From positions 6,536 to 70,535 of the forward strand of contig JAZQRI010000083.1 of assembly GCA_045629455.1 (NCBI GenBank): 64,000 nucleotides of DNA, written 5' to 3'. Every line of letters starts with the position of its first letter. Positions within the stretch are counted from its first letter, which is position 1. Below the pieces are notes generated by a model. It had not been told where the DNA came from and searched no databases. It was given only the letters and a program-made list of their open reading frames with translations. This stretch comes from Pedobacter sp. GTDB lineage: Bacteria; Bacteroidota; Bacteroidia; Sphingobacteriales; Sphingobacteriaceae. Both the position numbers and the translations under genes were made by a program. Below, piece after piece: positions 9,518 through 19,956 of this stretch.

Positions 9518-10117
9518 TTAGTTCATCGCCAACTGACGGTCTCGAGCTTTTAATGCCGGATATTTAGCTTTTAAATATTCGAACAATCCAAACATTACTG
9601 CAGAATAACCCAGGGTGCCGTACATGAAACGAAGTTCAAATGGAATGGCATTTCTAAGTACAATCCAAAATCCGGCTACAGTTTGTGGGTAAACCACAGA
9701 TCCGTACCAGATTCCAAAATCAGTAACGATCCAGTGGATGAGAACAACAACAACCGTCGCAGCAAATGCGTTAAGTACAGTAATATTCTTTAAAAGCACT
9801 TTCCCTGCCAATACCATCAAGGCAAATGCAGCGTATACGAAGATCCATCCTTCATATAGAAAGCTGCTGCTATAGTTCTGGTAAAAGGTAAGCGACAAAA
9901 TCACGTCACTCACGAACAACGTCAGCAGTGGAAAGCTGAACGATTTCAAGTTGTTGTTGAAATATGCACCGCCAAATAAAGCAATTGCGCCTACTGCGGA
10001 ATAATTCGCAAGAACATTTACATCTCCCATCACCGGAATTAAGGCTCTGAAGATGCCTATGACCAAGATGAAAAGTAAAACAGTGAGGGTACGGGGATTA
10101 AATTTAATATGAGCCAT
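9518..10117 (-). CDS. Polytopic membrane protein, DUF6580-like putative transporter component
   Basis: Entirely hydrophobic 199 aa with about 6 predicted helices, directly downstream of a riboswitch-controlled TonB-dependent receptor. This matches the usual genomic context of DUF6580 in Bacteroidota. Confidence 0.6.
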   Translation of the reverse strand: MAHIKFNPRTLTVLLFILVIGIFRALIPVMGDVNVLANYSAVGAIALFGGAYFNNNLKSFSFPLLTLFVSDVILSLTFYQNYSSSFLYEGWIFVYAAFALMVLAGKVLLKNITVLNAFAATVVVVLIHWIVTDFGIWYGSVVYPQTVAGFWIVLRNAIPFELRFMYGTLGYSAVMFGLFEYLKAKYPALKARDRQLAMN

Positions 10118-10155
10118 GTGTCGTTCAATTATTTGAAAACAAAACTATCGATTTT

Positions 10156-12027
10156 TTATTTGAAATTAAAACTTAGACCTGCGTTGAAATTGATTCCCAT
10201 GCTGTTGTATCCGTACAGTTCTGTATAGTCCTCATCGAGAATGTTCTTGAGATCCACAAATACCTTTAACCGGTCTTTAGCAAGCCTGTATTCTCCATAT
10301 ACATCCACAAGTTTGAAGGACGGCAGGGAAACGACACGTGGATTATCGAAGTCGAAATCACCGTCGGTGCGTTTACCCAAATACTTCATGTTGGCACTTA
10401 CAAAGAGCTTTTTGGTTGCCTGGAGGCCTGCGTTTACACCAACACTGTGCTTTGGCCGGCGGAACAGCGTATTCTGCAGCGCATTGTTTACAAAATTGAA
10501 CTCGGTTCCTTCAACATAAGCGTAGAATGCTCTGAGCGTCAGATCCTTGTATTTAAATATAGGCTCCACTTCAAACCCCTTGGCTTTCTGGCTCAATTGG
10601 TTGGCATAGCCTACGTTTCCATAGACGATGGCATCAGTCAAATCGCGCTTAAACCCGGCGACACGCAGTGCAAACTTGTCCTCAAGCAGATTCAGGCTAA
10701 ATCCCGCTTCGTAATTTTTAGACTTCTCTGGACGCAGATTCAGGTTAGCGCCATACAGTCCAAATAACATATCCAATGTAGGCGCCTTGAAGTTGGTAGA
10801 TATGGTTCCAAAGACCTTAAACGCTTTAATGAGGTTAATTGATGGGGTGATGCTGTACGTATAGTTCTCTCCATATTGCTCGTGCTTATTGTAGCGGCCA
10901 CCAACTTCCAGGTTAAACACGCTTAGATCATGTAAAAACAAAGAGGAATAGGTGCTGAACAGATTCGTTTCTGCCGTTGAACCTCCCTTGAGCTTGGTTT
11001 TTCTGTTGTCCAGTCCTACCAGCAGGTTTACGTGTGATCCGATGTTTTGATTGTAGAACAAGTCGACTACATGCATAATACCTTCGGAAAGACTTTGCCC
11101 ATACTGGTTCTCGGAGTCGTTGATGGTACTTTCATAGCTGTAATTCAGATTAACTTTCCCGGTTTCGAACTCGAACCTGGTATTCAGACCACCGTTGAAG
11201 TGCTTGAGCTTATAGTTGTTGGTCAGGTTGTCCTGAAATGGACCTGCATCAAAATCATAGTGTGCTTGAAAGTACCTCAAAAAAGGACTCACACTAAAAT
11301 TTTTGGTCGCCTGTAAAGAGAAGTTCGCATTTACTGCAGCCGTTTTGTTTCCGTCTTTATCAAATGCTTCCGTATTGCCAGCCGGATTTGCAGCTTCTGA
11401 AATGCCGTTTGTTTTACCTTGTGTGTAGCCGATGTTGTAAGAGAAATTGTCTACCTGACTGTTGATGCCGATTGTACCTTTATACGTATCGTAGCTGCCG
11501 ATGCTTGCGGATCCAAAAACACTGTTTCCTCCCTGATTTCCCTTTTTGGTTACAATATTGATGACGCCGCCCACGGCATCGGAGCCATAGATGGTCGACT
11601 GTCCGCCTTTGAGGATTTCGATGTGGTCTATCTGATCAATGCCAAACATACGTAAATCGAATGCCGATGCTACACCGGACGGGTTTGCAACCACAATCCC
11701 GTCAATCAGGACCACGGCATAGGCTGTCCCGGCTCCACGGATAAAAAGACCTTTGTTTAAGCCCTGGTTACTGGTGGCGCCGCTTACGACTACCCCTGCC
11801 TGCTCGCTGAGCAGTTCAGGTAATGTTTTTCCTGCGCTTCTGTCCAGTTGCTCCCTGGTAATCAGCGTCACCACCTTACCCGTCTGAGATTGTTTCTGGT
11901 CATTTTTTGTCGCCATGATAACGACCTCATCCAAAACTCCCCCTTGTTGTGCAAAGGATGCGTTCATGGAAAAAATTTGCGCCAGCACAATACCGGAGGC
12001 GACTAACAGTTTGTTTTTGCTGTTCAT
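10156..12027 (-). CDS. btuB: TonB-dependent receptor, vitamin B12 (BtuB-like)
   Basis: Signal peptide, TonB box/plug (DEVVIMATK...), a beta-barrel ending in aromatic ...GLSFNFK, and a cobalamin riboswitch immediately upstream. I prefer the ATG at 12027 (MNSKNKLL) over the TTG at 12054. Confidence 0.85.
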   Translation of the reverse strand: MNSKNKLLVASGIVLAQIFSMNASFAQQGGVLDEVVIMATKNDQKQSQTGKVVTLITREQLDRSAGKTLPELLSEQAGVVVSGATSNQGLNKGLFIRGAGTAYAVVLIDGIVVANPSGVASAFDLRMFGIDQIDHIEILKGGQSTIYGSDAVGGVINIVTKKGNQGGNSVFGSASIGSYDTYKGTIGINSQVDNFSYNIGYTQGKTNGISEAANPAGNTEAFDKDGNKTAAVNANFSLQATKNFSVSPFLRYFQAHYDFDAGPFQDNLTNNYKLKHFNGGLNTRFEFETGKVNLNYSYESTINDSENQYGQSLSEGIMHVVDLFYNQNIGSHVNLLVGLDNRKTKLKGGSTAETNLFSTYSSLFLHDLSVFNLEVGGRYNKHEQYGENYTYSITPSINLIKAFKVFGTISTNFKAPTLDMLFGLYGANLNLRPEKSKNYEAGFSLNLLEDKFALRVAGFKRDLTDAIVYGNVGYANQLSQKAKGFEVEPIFKYKDLTLRAFYAYVEGTEFNFVNNALQNTLFRRPKHSVGVNAGLQATKKLFVSANMKYLGKRTDGDFDFDNPRVVSLPSFKLVDVYGEYRLAKDRLKVFVDLKNILDEDYTELYGYNSMGINFNAGLSFNFK

Positions 12028-12124
12028 TTTCTGTGGGTTAAGCACAGCAAACAAGAGAATAAGAAAATGGTAATGCAGTTGAACAATTGCCCATTTCCAG
12101 CTTCAATCCCCGAAAGCTATGAAA

Positions 12125-12300
12125 TTTAGTGCAATAGGCAGGTCTTCTGACTTACTCCTGGCTTTCCTGCCTTCCCATCCATCGAAATGAACAGTGGCAT
12201 TGATTTGAAAAACCAATTTTGGAGCTTACAGCTGCGGGACAGTTACGGAATTACACCGTATTCCCTTTTAATCTAAATTGTTGGTACAATCGAGAACCTA
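12125..12300 (-). promoter_or_regulatory. Cobalamin (B12) riboswitch
   Basis: The minus strand reads ...aaaagggaatacggtgtaattccgtaactgtcccgcagctgtaagc...aatgccactgtt...gggaaggcaggaaagccaggagtaagtcagaagacctgcc. It contains the GCCACTG core element and the B12 box (agtcagaagacctgcc). Confidence 0.85.
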
Positions 12301-12443
12301 AAGCGCTGCAAATGTATAACAATATAAGAAATGAGCAAATAATATTAACTTAGATTTACAACTCGGGGTTTAACGAACGGATCGCAGGTTTCTGATACGA
12401 AACAGCAGTCCTAAATCGCACCGTAGCTAATAAATAAACACCA

Positions 12444-13703
12444 ATGAAAGTCATCTCGTTTTTCCTGCTCTCTCTTGTCAGCCTCCCATCAATGGCACAA
12501 AAGACCAACACTGTATTTTTAGAGAACCTAATGAAGTCTAACCCTGAACTTTTTTCGGGTGTTCTCAATCATCCGGAAAAGAACCAGGTACAGGTGTTAT
12601 ACACGCAAATCGACAGAGACCGGAACAATATACCCCATTTTAAAACTTATAGCTTTAATGTAGATGAGCATCGCTACTTCTACCCTGCCAGTACCGTTAA
12701 GCTGGCCGCAGTGATCTTTGCCCTGGAAAAAATCAATGAATTGAACATAAACGGATTTAACGCCCGCAGTGTGATGTTAACAGACAGCAGTTATGCCGGG
12801 CAGACGAAAGTCGACAAAGATCCAACAGCGAAAAACGGCTTGCCGTCTCTTGAACATTACATCAGGAAAATACTCCTGACAAGCGATAATGACGCATTTA
12901 ATCGCTTATATGAATTTGTAGGCAGAGCGGAGATGAACGCAAAATTAAAGAAGTACGGACTTCGCAACAGCAGAATCTTGAACAGACTGGCCATTGGAGA
13001 TGCCGGGGAACCTGCTAAACATACCAATTCGATCCGGTTCTACACCGAAGGGAAGCTCGTATATACCAAGCCTGCACAATATGATCCAAAAGAGTACCCG
13101 CTGAAACTTTCAAATACGTTGATGGGAAAAGCCTACATGGACAGTACGGAACGCCTGGTGAATAAGCCATTCTCCCTGGAGAACAAAAATGCGTTTTCCA
13201 TCGCTGATCAGCAGAACATGATGCGGAAACTTATGTTTCCCGAAGCTTTTCCAGCGAAAGACCGATTCAACTTAACAACTGATGATTACAAGCTGATCTA
13301 CACGTATATGAGCAAGTTACCTACAGAGAGTGATTACCCGAAATATGATCCTTCCGAGTTCTGGCCCGCATATGCAAAGATGCTATATTACGGTCGTGAT
13401 AAGAATGCTGAGATCGATCCAAACATCCGCATCTTTAACAAGTACGGAGATTCTTACGGCTTTATAATAGACAATTCTTATTTTCTAGATTTCAAAAATA
13501 ACGTGGAGTTCTTCCTTACTGCTGTTGTTCAATCCAATGAAGATGGGATTTACAACGACGGAAAATACGAATACGAGACGGTATGCTATCCGTTTATGAA
13601 AAATCTTGGGAACGTCATTTACAATCATGAACTCTCCAGACCGAAAGCCTTCCTACCGAAGGTCGATGCTTTTAAACTTGATTACAAACAGATGGACAAG
13701 TGA
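12444..13703 (+). CDS. Serine hydrolase, class A beta-lactamase-like fold
   Basis: Signal peptide; S-x-x-K motif (PASTVKLAAV); SDN-like motif (LLTSDNDAFN). Confidence 0.7.
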   Translation: MKVISFFLLSLVSLPSMAQKTNTVFLENLMKSNPELFSGVLNHPEKNQVQVLYTQIDRDRNNIPHFKTYSFNVDEHRYFYPASTVKLAAVIFALEKINELNINGFNARSVMLTDSSYAGQTKVDKDPTAKNGLPSLEHYIRKILLTSDNDAFNRLYEFVGRAEMNAKLKKYGLRNSRILNRLAIGDAGEPAKHTNSIRFYTEGKLVYTKPAQYDPKEYPLKLSNTLMGKAYMDSTERLVNKPFSLENKNAFSIADQQNMMRKLMFPEAFPAKDRFNLTTDDYKLIYTYMSKLPTESDYPKYDPSEFWPAYAKMLYYGRDKNAEIDPNIRIFNKYGDSYGFIIDNSYFLDFKNNVEFFLTAVVQSNEDGIYNDGKYEYETVCYPFMKNLGNVIYNHELSRPKAFLPKVDAFKLDYKQMDK

Positions 13704-13869
13704 GGCGATTAATCAGTTAAGCGTAAGGAATAATGTTCCATTAAACGCGATTTTGCATGTATATTTAACACTTTAAATTCGCTGTTCACTGAAATTATCG
13801 TGAATTAATTACGTTAATTTGCAACAAGATTTTATTAAGTTACACTGCCACAAACTTTTTTCAATACCT

Positions 13870-16320
13870 ATGTTTAAAGAAATCAGGAATAAATATTTTC
13901 GATTTGTTGCCATATTTATCTATTCTGTTATCATCTTCTTTTGCGCTTTACAACTCAACTTTCTCTGGCTTTTTGGGTACTCTCCGTCTTACGAAGACAT
14001 TAGAATGCCAACACAACGGGTTGGATCTGAACTTTATACCGCTGATGGAAAGCTGATTGCAAGATATTTCAAAGAAAACCGCACCCCTGTTGACTTCAAG
14101 GAAATCGCTCCGAGTGTAATTAATGCACTGGTTGCGACCGAAGATGTACGGTTCTACCAGCATATGGGCATCGACTTTCGCTCACTGCTTTCCAGCGGGA
14201 TTTCTACCGCAACGGGAGACAAACGCGGAGGAAGTACAATTACCCAGCAGCTGGCAAAAAACCTGTATCGTACCCGCTACAATAAGTCGCAGGGTTTTGT
14301 GAAGAACATACCGCTTGTCCGCACACTCATTTCCAAGTTGAAGGAGTGGATGACTGCAGTGAAGCTGGAATCAAACTATTCCAAGAATGAAATCTTGACG
14401 ATGTACCTGAACACTGTTCCTTTTGGAAACAACGCTTACGGGATAAAGACTGCGGCAAGAACGTACTTCGACAAAGAAACAGACAGCCTGAGCGTTCCCG
14501 AATCGGCTATGCTCGTTGGCATGCTGAAGGGTACGACACTATACAATCCGGTGCGTAACCCGGAAAATGCATTACAAAGACGTAATGTTGTTCTCGCACA
14601 AATGGCCAAGTACAATTATATCACGGCTGCAGATCTGGCGCGCTTTAAAGATGTACCCATCCAACTGCGCGCCGGCGACCTCGAGCAAGGTAGCGATGGT
14701 GACTCTTATTTAAGGGCCGCGGTTGCCAAGTATCTGGAAAAATGGTGCTCCGACAACGGCTATGACCTCTATGAAGATGGATTAAAGATTTACACCACCA
14801 TTGACTCGCGGCTGCAGAAGTATGCGGAAGAAGCCGTTGCGGAACAAATGAAGACCCTTCAGCGAAGATTCTATAGCGTTTGGGGAAAAGAGGACCCCTG
14901 GTACGACTCCGAGAAGAAAAAGGTCGATTATCCAAACCGGGCGATACGTAACCTGCCGATTTACGCAATGCTGAAGAGAAAATACGACAACAATGCGGAC
15001 TCCATAGACGCCTATTTTAATAAGAAAAAGAAAATGAAGGTGTTTTCCTGGCAGGGAGACCGGGACACGTTGTTCTCCACTCTGGATTCTGTTCGTTACT
15101 ATGGGAAGATTTTAAACACCGGCATGATGACCATGGAGCCTTCAAGCGGTAAAATCAAAGTTTGGGTGGGTGGAATCGACCACAAGTTCTTTAAGTATGA
15201 TCACGTAAACCAGGCCAAGCGCCAGGCAGGCTCTACATTCAAACCTTTTGCTTACCTCGCTGCGCTGGAAAGTGGCATGAGCCCTTGTGACACTTTCGTC
15301 GATAAACCTGTACGTATCGCTTATCAGGATAAGGGAAAAACAGAATACTGGGAACCGAGAAACGCAAGTTGGAGCAGCACCTATCAGGAGATGTCGCTTC
15401 GCCTGGCGATGGCCAGATCGATCAACACCGTTACTGCCCAGTTGACGGAAAAAGTGGGTTGGGACAATGTGGTAAAATGGGCACATGCAGTTGGTATTGA
15501 CAGCCATTTAGCGTCTGTACCATCGGTTAGTTTGGGACCAAACGACGTTTCAGTATATGAAATGGTGAAAGCATACGGAACGTTTCTAAACAATGGGGTA
15601 AAAACGGATGCCATTCTGGTGGAGAAGATTTCGGATCTTGACAACAATACCATCGAAGATTTTAAACCGAAGACGAAAAGAGTACTCTCGGAGGAGATTG
15701 CCTGGCTGATGCTGTACATGTTCCGTGGGGGTATGGAAGAACCTGGCGGTACATCACAGGCCCTTTGGGAATGGGATCTTTGGAAAAAAAACAACCAGAT
15801 TGGTGGTAAAACCGGTACATCGTCGGACTATGTAGACGCCTGGTACATGGGCATCACCAAAGACCTGGTTACCGGCGTATGGGTTGGATGTGACGAGCGT
15901 ACGGCACATTTCAAGAACGGAGAAACCGGTGAGGGAGGCAGAACGGCGCTTCCGATCTTTGCTAAATTTATGGAGAAGGTTTATCACGACCCGAATTCAG
16001 GCTATACCTATGGCCCATTTCCGAAACCAACAGTGAAGATCAGCAGGAAATTCAATTGCCCAACACCGAGGTATGTGCCGGATACGACGACTACCGATAC
16101 CGTATCCGTAGATTCCGTGGGCACAGATGCGGCACCTGAGGAAGAAGTGGCTCCCGTAAATACGGAAGTTGCGACTGCACCTGTGGTGAACATCACCTCA
16201 CAGTCAGCACAAAAGAAACCAGTGGCACCTCCTGCCCCATTAACCAGGAAAGAAGAAAGAGAATTGAGACGCAAGCAGCGCCAGGAAGAAAAAGAAAGAA
16301 AGAAGCAAGAAGGAAATTAG
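13870..16320 (+). CDS. Bifunctional penicillin-binding protein 1A (GT51 transglycosylase plus transpeptidase)
   Basis: GT51 motifs EDVRFYQHMGID and GGSTITQQLAKN; transpeptidase motifs AGSTFKP and KTGTS; Lys/Glu-rich tail. The ATG at 13870 is preferred over the TTG at 13819. Confidence 0.9.
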   Translation: MFKEIRNKYFRFVAIFIYSVIIFFCALQLNFLWLFGYSPSYEDIRMPTQRVGSELYTADGKLIARYFKENRTPVDFKEIAPSVINALVATEDVRFYQHMGIDFRSLLSSGISTATGDKRGGSTITQQLAKNLYRTRYNKSQGFVKNIPLVRTLISKLKEWMTAVKLESNYSKNEILTMYLNTVPFGNNAYGIKTAARTYFDKETDSLSVPESAMLVGMLKGTTLYNPVRNPENALQRRNVVLAQMAKYNYITAADLARFKDVPIQLRAGDLEQGSDGDSYLRAAVAKYLEKWCSDNGYDLYEDGLKIYTTIDSRLQKYAEEAVAEQMKTLQRRFYSVWGKEDPWYDSEKKKVDYPNRAIRNLPIYAMLKRKYDNNADSIDAYFNKKKKMKVFSWQGDRDTLFSTLDSVRYYGKILNTGMMTMEPSSGKIKVWVGGIDHKFFKYDHVNQAKRQAGSTFKPFAYLAALESGMSPCDTFVDKPVRIAYQDKGKTEYWEPRNASWSSTYQEMSLRLAMARSINTVTAQLTEKVGWDNVVKWAHAVGIDSHLASVPSVSLGPNDVSVYEMVKAYGTFLNNGVKTDAILVEKISDLDNNTIEDFKPKTKRVLSEEIAWLMLYMFRGGMEEPGGTSQALWEWDLWKKNNQIGGKTGTSSDYVDAWYMGITKDLVTGVWVGCDERTAHFKNGETGEGGRTALPIFAKFMEKVYHDPNSGYTYGPFPKPTVKISRKFNCPTPRYVPDTTTTDTVSVDSVGTDAAPEEEVAPVNTEVATAPVVNITSQSAQKKPVAPPAPLTRKEERELRRKQRQEEKERKKQEGN

Positions 16321-16351
16321 AAGCATACAAGCAAGCTTAGACAGACGGGCC

Positions 16352-19300
16352 ATGAAAACTACATGTATCTATTTTAAAAGATTCAGCACCGCAATATTCT
16401 TAATTTTAGTTCTGTCCACCGTTTCCAGGGCGCAGAACTTCGGCCAAAATAAGGTCAGGTATAAGAATGAAAAGTTTAAAGTACTTCAGACACCCCATTT
16501 TGAGATCTATTACTACATCAAGAACGAGCCGCTGATCCAGAAGTTCGCTCAGGATGCAGAAACCTGGTATAAAATGCACCAGGAGGTTTTCCGGGATACC
16601 TTCCAGAAAAGAAATCCAATTATTCTATACAGCAACCACCCTGACTTCCAGCAGACAACCGCACTGAGCGGCGAGATCGGTTTGGGAACTGGCGGGGTGA
16701 CCGAGGCCCTGAAGAACCGGGTAATAATGCCGGTAACGGAGCTAAGTAATCAAACCAGGCATGTACTGGGCCATGAACTTGTTCATGCTTTTCAATACCA
16801 CACCTTACTGGAAAGAGATTCTATGAACCTGGAAAGCGTTAGTCAGGTGCCCTTGTGGATGGTTGAGGGTATGGCAGAATATCTTTCTATTGGCAAGGTA
16901 GATGCTTTTACTTCCATGTGGATGCGCGACGCCTTGCTGAACCGGGATATTCCTTCGCTTAAGGATCTAACCAACTCAAACAGGTACTTCCCTTATCGAT
17001 ATGGCCAGGCTTTCTGGACGTTTGTAGGATCGACCTATGGCGACAGCACCATTGTTCCACTTCTGACAGCAACTGCAAAGTATGGATATGAAAACGGCCT
17101 GAAAGCTACGCTGGGTTACGACGACCGTTCGCTGTCCGGCCTATGGAAGCAGGCAATTGAAGCACACTATCGTCCTTTATTGAAAATGGACAGCTCGCAG
17201 GTTAACGTCAGTGGCACCAGGATCATAGACAATAAAAACGCAGGTAATATGAACGTTGCTCCTGCCGTGAGCCCGGATGGTAAACTCCTGGCATTCCTTT
17301 CAGAAAAAGATCTGTTCGGCATTGACCTGTTTCTTGCTGACGCAAAGACCGGAAAGATCCTGAAGAAGTTGAGCAGCCAGGTTTCCAATTCTCACATTGA
17401 TGATTTCAACTTTCTGGAATCTGCCGGCGCGTGGTCGCCCGACAGCAAAAGATTTGCTTTTTCGATATTCAGCAAAGGAAAAAACAATTTGCTGATCATT
17501 GACATCCGGAATGGGAAAACGTTATTACAGACCGATATGGGGCGCGTGGAACAGTTTGGAAACCTCACATGGTCGCCTGATGGCTCTAGTATTGCTTTTT
17601 CGGGCATGGTAGAAGGACAGAGCGACGTCTTTGCCTACAACTTAAACACTAAAGTGCTAACCCAGCTGACGAACGATACGTATTCAGATTATGCCCCTAA
17701 CTACTCGCCGGATGGCTCAAAATTGGTTTTTTCGTCCGACCGTGCTTCGGCAACCAGTGGAAACGTCTCCTCGATGCATCCGTTGAATTTAACTGTTATA
17801 GATCTTGCCAGTAAATCACTCACGAATTTACCGGTGTTTAATGGTGCAAATAACCTGAACGCCCAATTCTCCGGTGATAGTAAGCGGATATTTTTCCTAT
17901 CGAACCGGGACGGGTTCAGGAACTTGTATGAATACAACCTCGAAAATCAGCAATTAAGACAACTTACAGACTATTTCACCGGGATCAGCGGTATAACAGA
18001 GTTCTCTCCGGCAATTTCCGTATCCAGAAATGATGAGATCGTGTACAGCTATTACCGGTCACAACGGTATACCCTGTACAATGCACCTTTAAGCAACTTC
18101 AAGGCCGTGGCAGTCGACCCGGCAGCAGTGAACCTGGACGCAGCAATTTTACCTCCTGTAGAAAGCTCAGGTAGTAACATCGTGAACCTGAACCTGCAGA
18201 AGTTCAACAGCTTCGAGCGGGTGATCAGCGACTCTCTAAGACTGATCCCGTACCGGCCCAAGTTCAAACTGGATTACCTGGCAAACAGTGGCGTAGGTGT
18301 GAGTACCAGCCGCTTCGGGACCGGTGTACAGGGTGGTATTGTCGGCATGTTCAGCGACATACTTGGGGAAAATCAAATTGTAGCCAATCTGTCCGTAAAC
18401 GGCGAAGTGTACGATTTCGGAGGGCTTGTCGGCTACGTAAATCAGGCGAGCCGCATCAACTGGGGATTCGCCGTATCACACATCCCCTACCTTACCGGGT
18501 TTAGAGACATTGCCATGGAAGAGCTTCCAACCAACGATGAAGATGTTACAATACCTGTTTACAACGAGCGAACCAATATTATCAGGACCTTTGAAAATCA
18601 GGCGCAGGTGTTTGCCGCTTATCCATTTAATAAAGTTCATCGTTTTGAAGCCGGCTCTGCAATTTCGAGATATAGCTACCGTGTAGACCGCATGAGCAAC
18701 TACTATGAAAACATCAACGGGATTGTTGGAAATTATTTGGGCTCCGAAAGAACGCGGGTAAGCAATGCGGATGCAGCAGAGCAGCTAGGGGTAACACTGA
18801 AAAGCTTCTCGATTTTTCAGGTGAGTGCAACCTTTATAGGCGACAATTCTATCTTTGGACTCACAGCGCCACTGGATGGCTTTCGCTACCGCATTGGTGG
18901 AGAGCAGTACTTTGGCGACTATAAATTCAGCGCTGTGAATGTGGATGTGCGAAAATATGTACGGACCAAGCCCTTTACATTTGCTGCCCGGGCGTTGAGC
19001 TATATGCGGTTGGGAATGGATGGAGAAAACCTCTATCCATTGTATCTGGGATATCCTTATCTGATCAGAGGTTACGAAGCAAACTCATTCTACAATAACA
19101 GAAATGAAAATCCTGGAACGTTTGACATCAATCAACTGTCAGGAAGCAAGATCGCAGTGTTTAATTTCGAGGTGAGATTACCATTTACGGGTCCTAAGAA
19201 GCTCACTCAAATTCCGTCCAAATTTCTATTTACAGATCTAAATCTTTTTTTCGATGCGGGTGTAGCCTGGGATGAATTCTCGAAGGTCTCGTTTAAGAGT

Positions 19301-19486
19301 CAGCCTAATGGGGAACTGCTGCCTAATGGTCGCCCTTCGGAACGCGTACCTGCACTGAGTGCCGGCGTATCCCTGAGGGTCAATATGTTTGGCTATTTTG
19401 TATTGGAGCCATATTATGCTTTTCCGTTTCAACGCAAGGACGTTAAAGCTGGTGTGTTTGGATTAACCTTTGCACCAGGCTGGTAA
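16352..19486 (+). CDS. Large secreted protein: HExxH metallopeptidase-like head, TolB-type beta-propeller repeats, C-terminal beta-barrel-like region
   Basis: Signal peptide; HELVHAFQ; repeated SPDG-K-x-AF/VF-S PD40 blades (VSPDGKLLAFLS, WSPDSKRFAFS, WSPDGSSIAFS, YSPDGSKLVFSS); the C-terminus has alternating hydrophobic strands ending ...GLTFAPGW. Confidence 0.7.
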   Translation: MKTTCIYFKRFSTAIFLILVLSTVSRAQNFGQNKVRYKNEKFKVLQTPHFEIYYYIKNEPLIQKFAQDAETWYKMHQEVFRDTFQKRNPIILYSNHPDFQQTTALSGEIGLGTGGVTEALKNRVIMPVTELSNQTRHVLGHELVHAFQYHTLLERDSMNLESVSQVPLWMVEGMAEYLSIGKVDAFTSMWMRDALLNRDIPSLKDLTNSNRYFPYRYGQAFWTFVGSTYGDSTIVPLLTATAKYGYENGLKATLGYDDRSLSGLWKQAIEAHYRPLLKMDSSQVNVSGTRIIDNKNAGNMNVAPAVSPDGKLLAFLSEKDLFGIDLFLADAKTGKILKKLSSQVSNSHIDDFNFLESAGAWSPDSKRFAFSIFSKGKNNLLIIDIRNGKTLLQTDMGRVEQFGNLTWSPDGSSIAFSGMVEGQSDVFAYNLNTKVLTQLTNDTYSDYAPNYSPDGSKLVFSSDRASATSGNVSSMHPLNLTVIDLASKSLTNLPVFNGANNLNAQFSGDSKRIFFLSNRDGFRNLYEYNLENQQLRQLTDYFTGISGITEFSPAISVSRNDEIVYSYYRSQRYTLYNAPLSNFKAVAVDPAAVNLDAAILPPVESSGSNIVNLNLQKFNSFERVISDSLRLIPYRPKFKLDYLANSGVGVSTSRFGTGVQGGIVGMFSDILGENQIVANLSVNGEVYDFGGLVGYVNQASRINWGFAVSHIPYLTGFRDIAMEELPTNDEDVTIPVYNERTNIIRTFENQAQVFAAYPFNKVHRFEAGSAISRYSYRVDRMSNYYENINGIVGNYLGSERTRVSNADAAEQLGVTLKSFSIFQVSATFIGDNSIFGLTAPLDGFRYRIGGEQYFGDYKFSAVNVDVRKYVRTKPFTFAARALSYMRLGMDGENLYPLYLGYPYLIRGYEANSFYNNRNENPGTFDINQLSGSKIAVFNFEVRLPFTGPKKLTQIPSKFLFTDLNLFFDAGVAWDEFSKVSFKSQPNGELLPNGRPSERVPALSAGVSLRVNMFGYFVLEPYYAFPFQRKDVKAGVFGLTFAPGW

Positions 19487-19498
19487 TTACATCCGCAG

Positions 19499-19849
19499 TT
19501 AGGACATGATCCCCAACGGGAGTGTAACCTGATTGTTGATGATCTTACTTGCGATGATGTGTTCAAAATCAAGGCCGATGGTCAGATCGATCCAGTCGGG
19601 GTTACACGACCGCACCAGCCGCTCCTTTTGCATTCTGGTGAACCGGCTGATCAGCTTGAAGCGGCTTAAGGCCTGCTCCTCCGTTTTGAACTCCTCAAAA
19701 TAAACCAGACGGGTAAGCTGCGTTCCAGTGTCAAAAAACAAACTTGGCATCGTCTTGTAAAAGTCAAGGGTCTTAATCAGATCAGAACTCATTCCAACAT
19801 GCAAACTGGTTCTGTTACGGTCGGTCACAATGTATACGAACTTTTTCAT
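19499..19849 (-). CDS. GIY-YIG nuclease-superfamily small protein (divergent)
   Basis: KKFVYIVTDRNRTSLHVGMSSDL fits the GIY-x10-YIG spacing in degenerate form, and the size is typical. It is divergent from the LexA-like gene. Confidence 0.5.
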   Translation of the reverse strand: MKKFVYIVTDRNRTSLHVGMSSDLIKTLDFYKTMPSLFFDTGTQLTRLVYFEEFKTEEQALSRFKLISRFTRMQKERLVRSCNPDWIDLTIGLDFEHIIASKIINNQVTLPLGIMS

Positions 19850-19937
19850 CGGTAATGGTTTTACGTTTTTATAGCTAAGGTAATTAGTATTAATATTTGC
19901 AATTCAGATAAATATTACTAACTTTATTGGTACAATG

Positions 19938-19956
19938 TTACTAACATTTTTAGTAA
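19938..19956. promoter_or_regulatory. Candidate operator palindrome TTACTAA-N5-TTAGTAA upstream of the LexA-like gene
   Basis: ttactaa cattt ttagtaa, read directly. Additional half-sites are ttactaac (19915-19922) and ttagtat (19884-19890). It lies 29 nt before the ATG at 19985. Confidence 0.4.

Noticed and set aside
12356-12568. 70-aa minus-strand ORF
   Set aside because: It overlaps the signal-peptide region of the well-supported 12444 gene in antisense, and no motif was found.
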